Source: an uncultured Planctomycetaceae bacterium
Lineage (GTDB): Bacteria > Planctomycetota > Phycisphaerae > Sedimentisphaerales > UBA12454
NCBI GenBank assembly: GCA_964449435.1
Contig: CAYUYR010000001.1
Span: 134,796-198,795, forward strand
Reading direction: 5' to 3'
DNA: 64,000 nucleotides
Position 1 is the stretch's first letter. Each line of letters starts with the position of its first letter. Shown piece after piece: positions 1 through 8,310 of the stretch. Made by a program: the position numbers and the translations under genes. The notes under the pieces were generated by a model. That model saw nothing but the letters and a program-made list of their open reading frames with translations. It was not told the origin of the DNA and searched no databases.

Positions 1-61
1 AGAACCGGCAACGATGGCGTTACTTGGTCTTGGCGGCCTGCTGCTTCGTCGCAGGAAATAA
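1..61 (+). CDS. C-terminal end of a PEP-CTERM-anchored protein (5'-partial at window edge)
   Basis: From nt 2 the frame reads EPATMALLGLGGLLLRRRK-stop: (P)EP motif, hydrophobic helix, Arg/Lys tail. Same layout as the C-terminus of the 50389..51138 product. Confidence 0.6.
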   Translation, partial: EPATMALLGLGGLLLRRRK

Positions 62-66
62 GACTG

Positions 67-93
67 TAGCCACGAAGGCACAAAGGCACAAAG
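67..93. repeat. TGTG block (inverted orientation)
   Basis: gtaGCCACGAAGGCACAAAGGCACAAAG, the reverse complement of CTTTGTGC CTTTGTGC CTTCGTGGC. Confidence 0.6.
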
Positions 94-140
94 TTTTATG
101 AAATTATTCTTAGTGTCTTGCCTATAGTACAACAACCAAA

Positions 141-165
141 CCCCGGCCAAAACCGGGGTTTTTTT
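141..165 (+). terminator. Rho-independent terminator
   Basis: CCCCGG-ccaaaa-CCGGGG hairpin followed by a T7 run. Confidence 0.75.
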
Positions 166-203
166 ATGCTTGAAAAAAGAACAATTATCGGTTATTAGTT
201 GTT

Positions 204-293
204 GAAGAAATAAGGATGTAAAGAGGCAAAGAAGTAGGGAAATCGAGCAAAGCCATTCCTTACATCCTTACTTCATTATTTCCTTGCCTCCTT
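204..293. repeat. AAGGA-rich block followed by a complementary CCTTAC-rich block
   Basis: TAAGGATGTAAAG pairs with CTTACATCCTTA, and AGAGGCAA pairs with TTGCCTCC. Ends 17 nt before the lipoprotein ATG. Confidence 0.6.
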
Positions 294-309
294 TTATAAA
301 GGAATAAAT

Positions 310-885
310 ATGGGAAAAACTATTGCATTATTTATACTATCTGTCTGCCTGTTTATTCTTGCCGGCTGTCAGTCCTTTGCTCGGAAGCCATCTGTTAACG
401 TGATTATTAAGGACAGCGTTGAATTTCCTAAAGAACTTGCCGGCAAATGGGTCTCCGATAAAGGTTGGGAATTTGTTTTTGAAGCTGACGGGACAATTTC
501 TTCAGCGTTAATCGATAACGGAATGGTAAGAGTAAAACCAACAAGCGAGCAGGTTACTACGATTCCGATGCAAATGGGGGGCAAGGGTGTTTATAAACTT
601 GGCCAGTGGGTTGTTCAATATACTCCTGAAACGCGTGAATTAGCCGTTGAAGTAGTAATAAAACACTTCCGTTTGGAAATGGGGCCTAATGCTTTAGAAG
701 GAAATAGTGAAGATTGGTTTATAGGACGAGTTTCAGAAGATTGGCAAATATGGGAGGCAGACTGGATCAGTATTCCCAAGTATATAGCACTTACTCCTGA
801 TCCCGGTGAACTGCCCGTTGACGCCGAAGATTATCCTCGCGGCATAGTTATCTTCAAGAAACTGCCGTCACAGGAAAATAACTGA
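310..885 (+). CDS. Hypothetical lipoprotein
   Basis: 191-aa ORF. Signal peptide with lipobox 'FILAGC'. No family recognised. Confidence 0.6.
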   Translation: MGKTIALFILSVCLFILAGCQSFARKPSVNVIIKDSVEFPKELAGKWVSDKGWEFVFEADGTISSALIDNGMVRVKPTSEQVTTIPMQMGGKGVYKLGQWVVQYTPETRELAVEVVIKHFRLEMGPNALEGNSEDWFIGRVSEDWQIWEADWISIPKYIALTPDPGELPVDAEDYPRGIVIFKKLPSQENN

Positions 886-886
886 T

Positions 887-3097
887 TTACTGCTGTTGTT
901 TTTGCCGCTTTTCAGATTCAAGATACTCGATGTATTGCCGCAGTTGACTAACAGCATCTGTATTTCCGGTTTGGGAAAAGAACTTAACGGCTTCCTGAGA
1001 GGCCTTAAGTGCTTCGTCAAACATTTCTTGAAATTCAAGTGCTCGTATTAGGCTAATTTGGTTCTCTAAAATCGAAGGATTTAGTTCAACGGCTTTCCTG
1101 AAATACACCGCCGCTTCATCAAACTTCCCCAACTCGGCTAATGAGTCTCCTAAAAGAACATTTATTTTGATAGATTCCGGATTATTCTTTAATTCCTCAC
1201 GGTATCTTTCAGCCGCCTTGCTGAATTCCTGAGAAGCTTCCCGATATTTGCCCAGCATTTTTAGTGCTGTGCCTAGACTGTAATGCAAATTCGCGGTATT
1301 TTCCTTAAATTCAGCTTTCTCGTCGTTATACTTAATAGCCTTTTTGAAGTTTTGAACGGCTTCTCCAAACCGGCCTTGTGCGGCTCTAATCATAGCCATT
1401 TCATAGTATGCAATAGTAGAGGCGGAGGGTTCGATTTTAATTATTTCTTCATATTTTGCAGCAGCTTCATCGAGTTTGCCCGCTTGTTTAAGTGTCTTTA
1501 TCTGCTCCCGCTTTTTTCCAACCAGCAAATCTTTCGCGCTTTGGTGCACTACAGGGGCGAGCAGATTTTCCACAGGGACATAATCATCAGTTAGTACTAT
1601 TTGGCGTGCCTTTTGTATGGCCGCTGACATTTCAGTATCGTTAAGATGCCAAAAATGTAGCGACTGTCTGTATTGCTTCATAAGCTTATCAGGTTCAAAT
1701 TCTCTTTTGGAAGCGATCAGTACGAATAAGGTGCGATTGGAGCGATGCTCATCCTCAGCTAAAACATAAACGTAAGGAAAGGTCTGCTTTAATGTATTGA
1801 TATAGGCGCCTAAAAAGCGTGCGCTGTTATAGATATCAATTGAATTTATCATATATACGCCGTCATCTGTAAGAATTTCGGCAATTTTATCGTTGAATTC
1901 TTTAGTAACAAGTTGATACGGCACCGAATAATCGCTAAAAGCGTCTTCGTAAATAAAATCGTATACCTTTGTTTGTTTTTTACTCAGAAGTTTATCAACA
2001 TAATTTCGAGCGTCCATCTGGAGGGTATTAATTGAACTGTTTTTTGAAAGTCCGAAAGCAGCCATAGCGGCCTTTGTAACACCGGGGTCTATCTCGGCAA
2101 CGTCATTTCGGCTTTTCGGCCAATGAGATTCTATATATTGCGGGAAAACGTATCCGCCTCCGCCGATATGGAAAACAGACAGGGACTCTTTGCCGTCGCT
2201 GAGTCCGTGTGTTAATGCTGCAAAAACAATAGTGTGAAAATATAACAGATCGTCTTTCTTATCCATTAAAATTTCGCTGTGCATCAGTTTGTCTTGCATA
2301 AACAATCTTTTATCAGGGTCTTTAGAAAGCTGTTTTACCGCAACATAGCAATAAGCAGTTTCGTCCCGGTAAATAATTTGAGGGTCGATTTTCTCTCTCA
2401 GTCCAGTGGATGTCCCTGCTTTTTGCAAGGATTCTGCCGGGGCCATTCCCATTAAAAATGCGCATAGAAACACTACGAGCCAGATGTACGCGGGCCAAAG
2501 ACGCACCCAATATAAAATTCCCATAACAAGCAGTGCCGCCCCAACGCTCCAGATTATCGCTATTGTTCCCATTGCCGGAATCAGATAGAAACCAGCCGCG
2601 AAAGTGCCGAAAATGCTTCCTGCCACACCCCATGCATAAATATCGCCGACGGTACGGCCTGTGGGCAGCCCTCTATCGAGAGCCATTTTAGCGACGACCG
2701 GACTTATCATACCCAGCAGCAGCGACGGCCCCAAAAATACCAAGGCTACGTGTGTGAATACCCTTACCGGCCAGCTTAATTTCCACAGCCATATCCATTC
2801 GCCGACCAGATTGTTCAGTATTACCACTACTACGCAGGCGATAGAGGAGAGAACAAAAATCACGGACAAGGCTTTTCGCGCCTTGAATTTATCCGCTATT
2901 CGTCCCCCTAAATAATTACCGATGGCTATGCCTGACAGCACTATGCCTATAACGGCCGTCCAGGTATATAATGAAGAACCCAGATGTCTTGCTATTAATC
3001 TGCTGGCAACCAGCTCAAGAATCATAATACAGGCGCTTGATATAAATACAGTGGCGCTGGGGATAAGAATCGACAAAAAACCTTTAGACTTATTCAT
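887..3097 (-). CDS. Fused polytopic membrane domain / spermidine synthase-like methyltransferase-fold / TPR-repeat protein
   Basis: 736 aa. N-terminal ~210 aa has multiple hydrophobic helices. Central region has 'FHIGGGGYVFPQYIE', 'EIDPGV', 'DARNY' and 'IYEDAFSDYSVPYQLVTKEF' (spermidine synthase-like SAM fold). C-terminal ~200 aa is TPR-like repeats. Confidence 0.75.
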   Translation of the reverse strand: MNKSKGFLSILIPSATVFISSACIMILELVASRLIARHLGSSLYTWTAVIGIVLSGIAIGNYLGGRIADKFKARKALSVIFVLSSIACVVVVILNNLVGEWIWLWKLSWPVRVFTHVALVFLGPSLLLGMISPVVAKMALDRGLPTGRTVGDIYAWGVAGSIFGTFAAGFYLIPAMGTIAIIWSVGAALLVMGILYWVRLWPAYIWLVVFLCAFLMGMAPAESLQKAGTSTGLREKIDPQIIYRDETAYCYVAVKQLSKDPDKRLFMQDKLMHSEILMDKKDDLLYFHTIVFAALTHGLSDGKESLSVFHIGGGGYVFPQYIESHWPKSRNDVAEIDPGVTKAAMAAFGLSKNSSINTLQMDARNYVDKLLSKKQTKVYDFIYEDAFSDYSVPYQLVTKEFNDKIAEILTDDGVYMINSIDIYNSARFLGAYINTLKQTFPYVYVLAEDEHRSNRTLFVLIASKREFEPDKLMKQYRQSLHFWHLNDTEMSAAIQKARQIVLTDDYVPVENLLAPVVHQSAKDLLVGKKREQIKTLKQAGKLDEAAAKYEEIIKIEPSASTIAYYEMAMIRAAQGRFGEAVQNFKKAIKYNDEKAEFKENTANLHYSLGTALKMLGKYREASQEFSKAAERYREELKNNPESIKINVLLGDSLAELGKFDEAAVYFRKAVELNPSILENQISLIRALEFQEMFDEALKASQEAVKFFSQTGNTDAVSQLRQYIEYLESEKRQKQQQ

Positions 3098-3425
3098 TAT
3101 TGAGTTTCCTTAAAATCGGTTCAGCAAGTATAACAGGTTAATTAAATTAAGGCAAGATGAACCATAAGTTAATATAAAGACGTTGAAAGTAGACAATTTA
3201 TTTGTTAATATCAGGTTAATTAGCGGCATTTAAAGCCTTTTCAGTATTAAAAAAGGTGAAAAATTCTCTTTTGTCCGATAAAGCCTAAAGTTATTATACT
3301 CCAAAGGCCGAAAATTCAGATATGGGACTATGTAATTTAAGATTGAAGATTTACGACCTAAGAAATAGTAAAAAAGCTGTTTAATGCTAAAAATACGTAT
3401 GAGACAGGTTCAAAACAGTAGATTA

Positions 3426-3460
3426 TCTCTGTGAACTCTGTGTTCTCTGTGGCCTAAAAC
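3426..3460. repeat. Phased TGTG block (3 x CTCTGTG at 9-bp spacing, ending TGTGGCCTAAAAC)
   Basis: tCTCTGTGaaCTCTGTGttCTCTGTGGCctaaaac. Lies 21 nt upstream of the ParA-CBM48 start. Confidence 0.6.
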
Positions 3461-3480
3461 AGGAATAAAGGATTATTCAA

Positions 3481-4743
3481 ATGAGAACGATAGCAGTAAT
3501 TAACCAAAAGGGCGGATGCGGAAAAACCACTGTTTCGATAAACCTTGCCAGCGCTCTCGCTGATGAAGGCAAGAAAACTTTACTGATTGACATGGACCCG
3601 CAGGGCCATTGCGCAGTTGGTCTTGCTGTGCCTGATGAGCAGATTGAGCAGAGCATTTACGATGTAATGCTCGGTTCAAGGCGAGGCGAGCCGACAAAGC
3701 TTTCTGAGATTTTGTGGGAGATTAGCGACAATTTCGAGCTTGCACCGGCGAGCATCGACCTGGCGGCTTTCGAGCAGCAGACCAACGGCACCACTGACCG
3801 TGAAAACTGCTTAAAGGATGTCCTCGCGGCCGTTGAAAAAGATTACGACTATGTGATTATCGATTGTCCGCCTGCCGTGGGGCTTTTGACTTTTAATGCC
3901 CTTCGCGCTTCGACGGACGTTATCGTGCCGGTAGAGACCGGATACTTTTCCCTTCATGGCCTAAGCAGACAGCTCGACACTTTAAGTATCCTCTGCAAGC
4001 AGTGTTCGCAGCATATAAATGTTATGGTTCTGGCCAGTATGTACGATATTCGAACGAAGATGGGCAGAGAGATTCTCGCCGAGCTTCGCAAGAATTTCGC
4101 AGGCAGAATGTTCTGGACGGTCGTCAACTTTAATACCAAGCTCAAGGAAGCCGCAAGTCTCGGCCAGCCGATATGCGAATACGACCCGGCAAGCAGGGGG
4201 CACAAGGATTTTCAGAGTCTTGCACAGGAGCTAATCGCTTCCGATACGCATATTGAGCAAAAACAGACGCTCAGCATAGCACGTAAGCAGATGCCGCCGG
4301 TAACAGAGCCTGCTATTCAGACGAGCAAGAGAAAAGAGATTATCGAATCGCTGGATGACAATTTTGAGTCTATAAGTGCTTCTGCTCAGGAGCTTCTTGC
4401 GGGTATTAAGGACAGTCCTGCCAAGGCCCTCGCCGCCCAGAATTTGGATGACAAGCTTAACGATTTTTATGGTGTTCGCCAACTCGGCGGCGCCGTCAGG
4501 TTTATTACCCTTTATCCGCGGGCACAGAATGTGCAGATTGCGGGCGATTTCAACAATTGGCAGCCTCAGAAAACAGCAATGCAAAAGAGCAAAGACGGAA
4601 AATGGGAATTGGCTCTCGAACTGGCTCCGGGCAAATATCGTTACAGAATGGTTGTTGACGGCCAGTGGCAGCAGGACCCGTATAATGAAAATGTCGAAGT
4701 GAATCCATTTGGGGAATATAACTCGGTTCTCGAAGTAAGATAA
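3481..4743 (+). CDS. Orphan ParA/MinD-family ATPase fused to a C-terminal AMPK-beta/CBM48-type glycogen-binding domain
   Basis: Deviant Walker A 'VINQKGGCGKTT' and 'VIIDCPPA'. After a ~85-aa linker the C-terminus reads 'IAGDFNNWQP...DGKWELALELAPGKYRYRMVVDGQWQQDPYNE...NSVLEV', the AMPK-beta GBD/CBM48 pattern. No parB adjacent. Confidence 0.85.
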   Translation: MRTIAVINQKGGCGKTTVSINLASALADEGKKTLLIDMDPQGHCAVGLAVPDEQIEQSIYDVMLGSRRGEPTKLSEILWEISDNFELAPASIDLAAFEQQTNGTTDRENCLKDVLAAVEKDYDYVIIDCPPAVGLLTFNALRASTDVIVPVETGYFSLHGLSRQLDTLSILCKQCSQHINVMVLASMYDIRTKMGREILAELRKNFAGRMFWTVVNFNTKLKEAASLGQPICEYDPASRGHKDFQSLAQELIASDTHIEQKQTLSIARKQMPPVTEPAIQTSKRKEIIESLDDNFESISASAQELLAGIKDSPAKALAAQNLDDKLNDFYGVRQLGGAVRFITLYPRAQNVQIAGDFNNWQPQKTAMQKSKDGKWELALELAPGKYRYRMVVDGQWQQDPYNENVEVNPFGEYNSVLEVR

Positions 4744-4768
4744 TAATAAATCAGGCAAAACACAAAGA

Positions 4769-4796
4769 GCATCCGCTAAAAACGGATGCTTTTTTA
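4769..4796 (+). terminator. Rho-independent terminator after the ParA-CBM48 gene
   Basis: GCATCCG-ctaaaaa-CGGATGC hairpin followed by T6. Confidence 0.75.
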
Positions 4797-4805
4797 TTTA
4801 ATCCC

Positions 4806-4845
4806 GTAAAACAAACCGGCCTTTCGCTTTAACACGAAAGGCCGG
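4806..4845 (-). terminator. Terminator hairpin for the convergent pseudopilin-like gene
   Basis: 11-bp stem CCGGCCTTTCG/CGAAAGGCCGG. On the minus strand it is followed by TTTGTTTTAC. Confidence 0.6.
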
Positions 4846-4894
4846 TACGACTGCAGCCTGATACAGTCTTATTTTTCTTCAAGTCCTTTAGGAC

Positions 4895-5941
4895 TTAATT
4901 AGCTCTGTCAATGTCCGAAACAAGATAGCTGTCGTCCACATGCCGTGGGTAATAAGTGTCGTCTGTTTGTATAGCAGTTGAGATTCTTATTGTAGGTAGA
5001 GTTCCGGTACCGCCGGCCGTTGATGAAGCGTCTTTTCCGCATTGTCTTTTTCTTTCAACTTCATCAGCACTGCCTGTTAAAGGCGATTCTCCCCAAGTGG
5101 TATAAATATTATCCGACTCGACGCCGCAATTTGCCTGTTTCTCAAATTTTGCACGCATATCCGCATAAAGAACGTTCTGTCCTTCCTTTTGGTGGTATGT
5201 GGAATTTCCGGCCGGGACCGAATCAACTCTAATTCGATCGTTTGTTGAGTCCCAAACATAAAGATAAGCAGTAGAAGTACTATCTATAGGGCTTTGCCAG
5301 AATGGACTTCTATCGGCCACAATCGGCCTCGTAAGGCTTGATGTTGTAGTTGGCGCAAAGACACCACCAGCTTGGCTTGCGACAAGCTTCACTGGTAATT
5401 GATAAGAATAACTTTGGTGTCCTTTGCCCCTGCTGCCATCCGGCACATCATGCTCTCTTGAACCAAAGTCCCATACTTCGGTTATAGTGGGAGGTGGAGT
5501 GGTCGCAAATTCATATTTGTTTATTTCGAATTTTTTCTGGTCCGAACCCGGGCAGATAAACTGTTCAACTGGAACATCGGCATATTTTACAAGTAAATAG
5601 AGATGAGCATTGAGGGTAACTCTGTGCAGAGCCGTTGTCTCTTCGAATATTACGTTTCTCCAGTCAAATGAATTTATACCTTCAATACCGCCTGTGCCTC
5701 GGTTCCACGTGGCGTCTGCACTTCCGGCAACGGGGAAAGACTCATATTTGTCGTCGCTACTGTAGGCCAGCATTGCTTTGCCGATACCCGAGATATTTGT
5801 GCCGCATATCAGACGCTGGGCAAGCTGTCGGATTTTGCTCAAAGCGGGCATAAGAATAGCCAACAGCATCGCGATAATGGCGATAACCACCAGCAATTCA
5901 ACCAGTGTAAAGCCTTTCTTTTTCATTTTCTGCCTTTCCAT
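4895..5941 (-). CDS. Prepilin-type N-terminal cleavage/methylation domain protein (pseudopilin-like, DUF1559/H-X9-DG type)
   Basis: N-terminus '[27 protein letters not shown]'. C-terminal 'YHQKEGQNVLYADMRAKF' resembles the H-X9-DG motif. Start could instead be the second ATG at 5926. Confidence 0.8.
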   Translation of the reverse strand: MERQKMKKKGFTLVELLVVIAIIAMLLAILMPALSKIRQLAQRLICGTNISGIGKAMLAYSSDDKYESFPVAGSADATWNRGTGGIEGINSFDWRNVIFEETTALHRVTLNAHLYLLVKYADVPVEQFICPGSDQKKFEINKYEFATTPPPTITEVWDFGSREHDVPDGSRGKGHQSYSYQLPVKLVASQAGGVFAPTTTSSLTRPIVADRSPFWQSPIDSTSTAYLYVWDSTNDRIRVDSVPAGNSTYHQKEGQNVLYADMRAKFEKQANCGVESDNIYTTWGESPLTGSADEVERKRQCGKDASSTAGGTGTLPTIRISTAIQTDDTYYPRHVDDSYLVSDIDRAN

Positions 5942-6565
5942 AAGTATTATCCTTTCTATTTTTTTTTAACCGAGATATTTGCGTTAAATGCTGCCTTTGA
6001 TAACAATTTTAATTCTATAAGAGCAAATAAACTGCACTTTTTGGCCATTGGCCGGTCTTTCACAAAATCTCAGTTTACAGGTTAATTTCAGCCAAAGAAC
6101 AGCATTTTTATGCATTTTTAAAAGAAACAGCAAAAACCGCTAACTTACCATAGATGCGCATCTTACAACTATCGTAAGAAACACACCATAACTTTAAAAG
6201 TTGTCTGAAAGAGGACTAAAAAGGCGGGCTGAAAAAATATGAAAGACTAAAAAATTATAATAACATTTTATTTAATTATGATTGCCCAGCCTTCAACGGG
6301 CTTCTTTCATACATCAATAAGAATAGCACATGGCCGAAAATACGTCAACAAAAAAATTAAAATAAGTAAAAAAGAATGAATAAACAGAAAGGGATGAAAA
6401 GGCGACATAAAAAAACCATTAAAAGGACTATAAATATCGTCTTTGCCCAAAGCGCCTATTTAAGCTATTTTTAAATACCTGTTATCGGACTTATAAAGCG
6501 GGATATAGGGCAGATAGGGTTTATCCCCTTGACATTAGTATTTGTGCCACTTAATCTTAAAAGCC

Positions 6566-6657
6566 ATAAGGATATAAGGAAGCAGGGAATTAAGAAGAAA
6601 GGACGTAAAGCGCCGGTATTGGATTTTCCTTACTTCTTTATTTCTTTACTTCCTTAA
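6566..6657. repeat. AAGGA-rich block followed by a complementary CCTTAC-rich block
   Basis: ATAAGGATATAAGGAAGCAGGGAATTAAGAAGAAAGGACGTAAAG ... TTCCTTACTTCTTTATTTCTTTACTTCCTTAATT. Ends 19 nt before the gltX ATG. Confidence 0.6.
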
Positions 6658-6675
6658 TTTTATGAAAGGCTCTAA

Positions 6676-8310
6676 ATGGCGATTACGCGGTTTGCACCAT
6701 CTCCGACGGGTTATCTTCACATTGGCGGGGCACGTACGGCCCTTTTCGACCTTTTATGGGCAAGAAAGACCGGCGGCAGCTTTATTCTTCGTATCGAAGA
6801 CACCGACCAGAGCCGAAACAGCCTAACCGCCGCAAAACAGGTAATGGACGATTTAAGATGGCTGGGGATTCAATGGGACTATGGCCCCGAAGTCGGCGGC
6901 CCGGCCGAACCGTATTACCAATCGCAAAGGCTTTATATTTACAGCCGTTATATCGAGCAGCTTTTGACTGCAGGCAAAGCCTATTATTGTTTCGATACCG
7001 CCGATGAACTCGACCAGATGCGCAAAAAGGCCGCCGAGAAAAAGCAGAACTTTGTCTATCCCCGTCCGAGTAAATTTCCAGACTCCGCGGACGTGGAAAA
7101 AGCAAAGGCCGCCGGCAGAGATGTTATGGTGCGTTTCTGTATGCCCGACGAGGAAGTAATTGTCGATGATGTGGTACGAGGACAGGTCAAATTCGACGCC
7201 AAAGATATCAGCGATTTTATAATCCTCAAAAGCGACGGCTTTCCTACCTATCATTTCGCCTGCGTTATCGACGACGAGCTTATGGGCATAACGCACGTTA
7301 TCAGAGGCCAGGAACATTTGATGAATACTCCCGGCCATATCGCTCTGCAAAAGGCGCTCGGATTTAAAACGCCTGTTTACGCCCATATGTCGATAACCGT
7401 CAGCGAAGGCGGCGGGAAAATGTCCAAACGCGACAGGGCAAAAGTCCTGAAGAACGCAATCAAAAAAACAGAAGGACTGGACAAGGAAAAACTCGCATCC
7501 ATCGGCGGCATAAGTATCGCTGAACTTGATGAATTCCTTACCGGCAAAGGCACTCCCGATAATCCGGCCATTGACGTGATGGCGAACTTTTTGGGTATCG
7601 AGCTGCCGGAGGTAAATATCGTCGATTTCTTCAAAAGCGGCTATCTGCCGCAGGCACTTGTGAATTTCATAGCGCTTTTGGGCTACAGCCCGCCGCTTGA
7701 TAAGGAGATTCTTACCTTTCAGGAGCTTATAGATACGTTCGACCCATCGCGGTTTAACAAGACAAACAGCCTTTTCGACCGTAAAAAACTGCTCGCGTTC
7801 AATATGGAACATATAAAACTGCTTGGCGAAGACGAACTTTTAAGCAGATATAAGGATTTTCTTAAAGTTGTAAAATCACCTGCCGCCGATGCCGATGATG
7901 CGCTGCTTAAAAGGATTTTAAAGGCAAGCCAGGGTGCAAGAACGCTTGCGGACATCGACCACAAGAGCAGATTTTTATTTATCGAAGACGGCAAAATAGA
8001 ATATAACCAGAAAGATGTGGAAAAAGTACTTCTTAAAAATAACGGCGAAGGCCTTGCGATGCTGACCGAATTGAAAACATTGCTGTCGCAGCTTCCGGTT
8101 TTGAATGAAGAAACAATAGAGAAAATGCTGCGGGCCCTTGCAGAGCAAAAGCAGGTCGGCCTCGGCAGGATTGCTCAGCCGCTGCGGGTCGCGATTTGCG
8201 GCACGACAGTTTCGCTGCCGATTTTCGAATCGATTGATATGCTTGGCCTCAAAGAGACAGTTAAAAGGATTGAAAGAACTATTAAAAAGTTTGAGGAGAA
8301 TTCATTATGA
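6676..8310 (+). CDS. gltX: Glutamate--tRNA ligase
   Basis: 'RFAPSPTGYLHIGGARTALF' (HIGH motif) and 'GGKMSKRD' (KMSKS motif). 544 aa. Confidence 0.95.
   Translation: MAITRFAPSPTGYLHIGGARTALFDLLWARKTGGSFILRIEDTDQSRNSLTAAKQVMDDLRWLGIQWDYGPEVGGPAEPYYQSQRLYIYSRYIEQLLTAGKAYYCFDTADELDQMRKKAAEKKQNFVYPRPSKFPDSADVEKAKAAGRDVMVRFCMPDEEVIVDDVVRGQVKFDAKDISDFIILKSDGFPTYHFACVIDDELMGITHVIRGQEHLMNTPGHIALQKALGFKTPVYAHMSITVSEGGGKMSKRDRAKVLKNAIKKTEGLDKEKLASIGGISIAELDEFLTGKGTPDNPAIDVMANFLGIELPEVNIVDFFKSGYLPQALVNFIALLGYSPPLDKEILTFQELIDTFDPSRFNKTNSLFDRKKLLAFNMEHIKLLGEDELLSRYKDFLKVVKSPAADADDALLKRILKASQGARTLADIDHKSRFLFIEDGKIEYNQKDVEKVLLKNNGEGLAMLTELKTLLSQLPVLNEETIEKMLRALAEQKQVGLGRIAQPLRVAICGTTVSLPIFESIDMLGLKETVKRIERTIKKFEENSL

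Noticed and set aside
3098-3480. Search for parS (TGTTNCACGTGAAACA-like) or a parB gene near the ParA-like gene.
   Set aside because: Neither was seen. This supports calling the ATPase an orphan rather than the chromosomal Soj.
5942-6528. A ~590-bp AT-rich ORF-free intergenic region, inspected for tmRNA, RNase P RNA, 6S or SRP RNA.
   Set aside because: No conserved cores of these RNAs were recognisable. It most likely holds divergent promoter regions. A weak TTGACA-17-TAATCT at 6529-6557 is the only feature.
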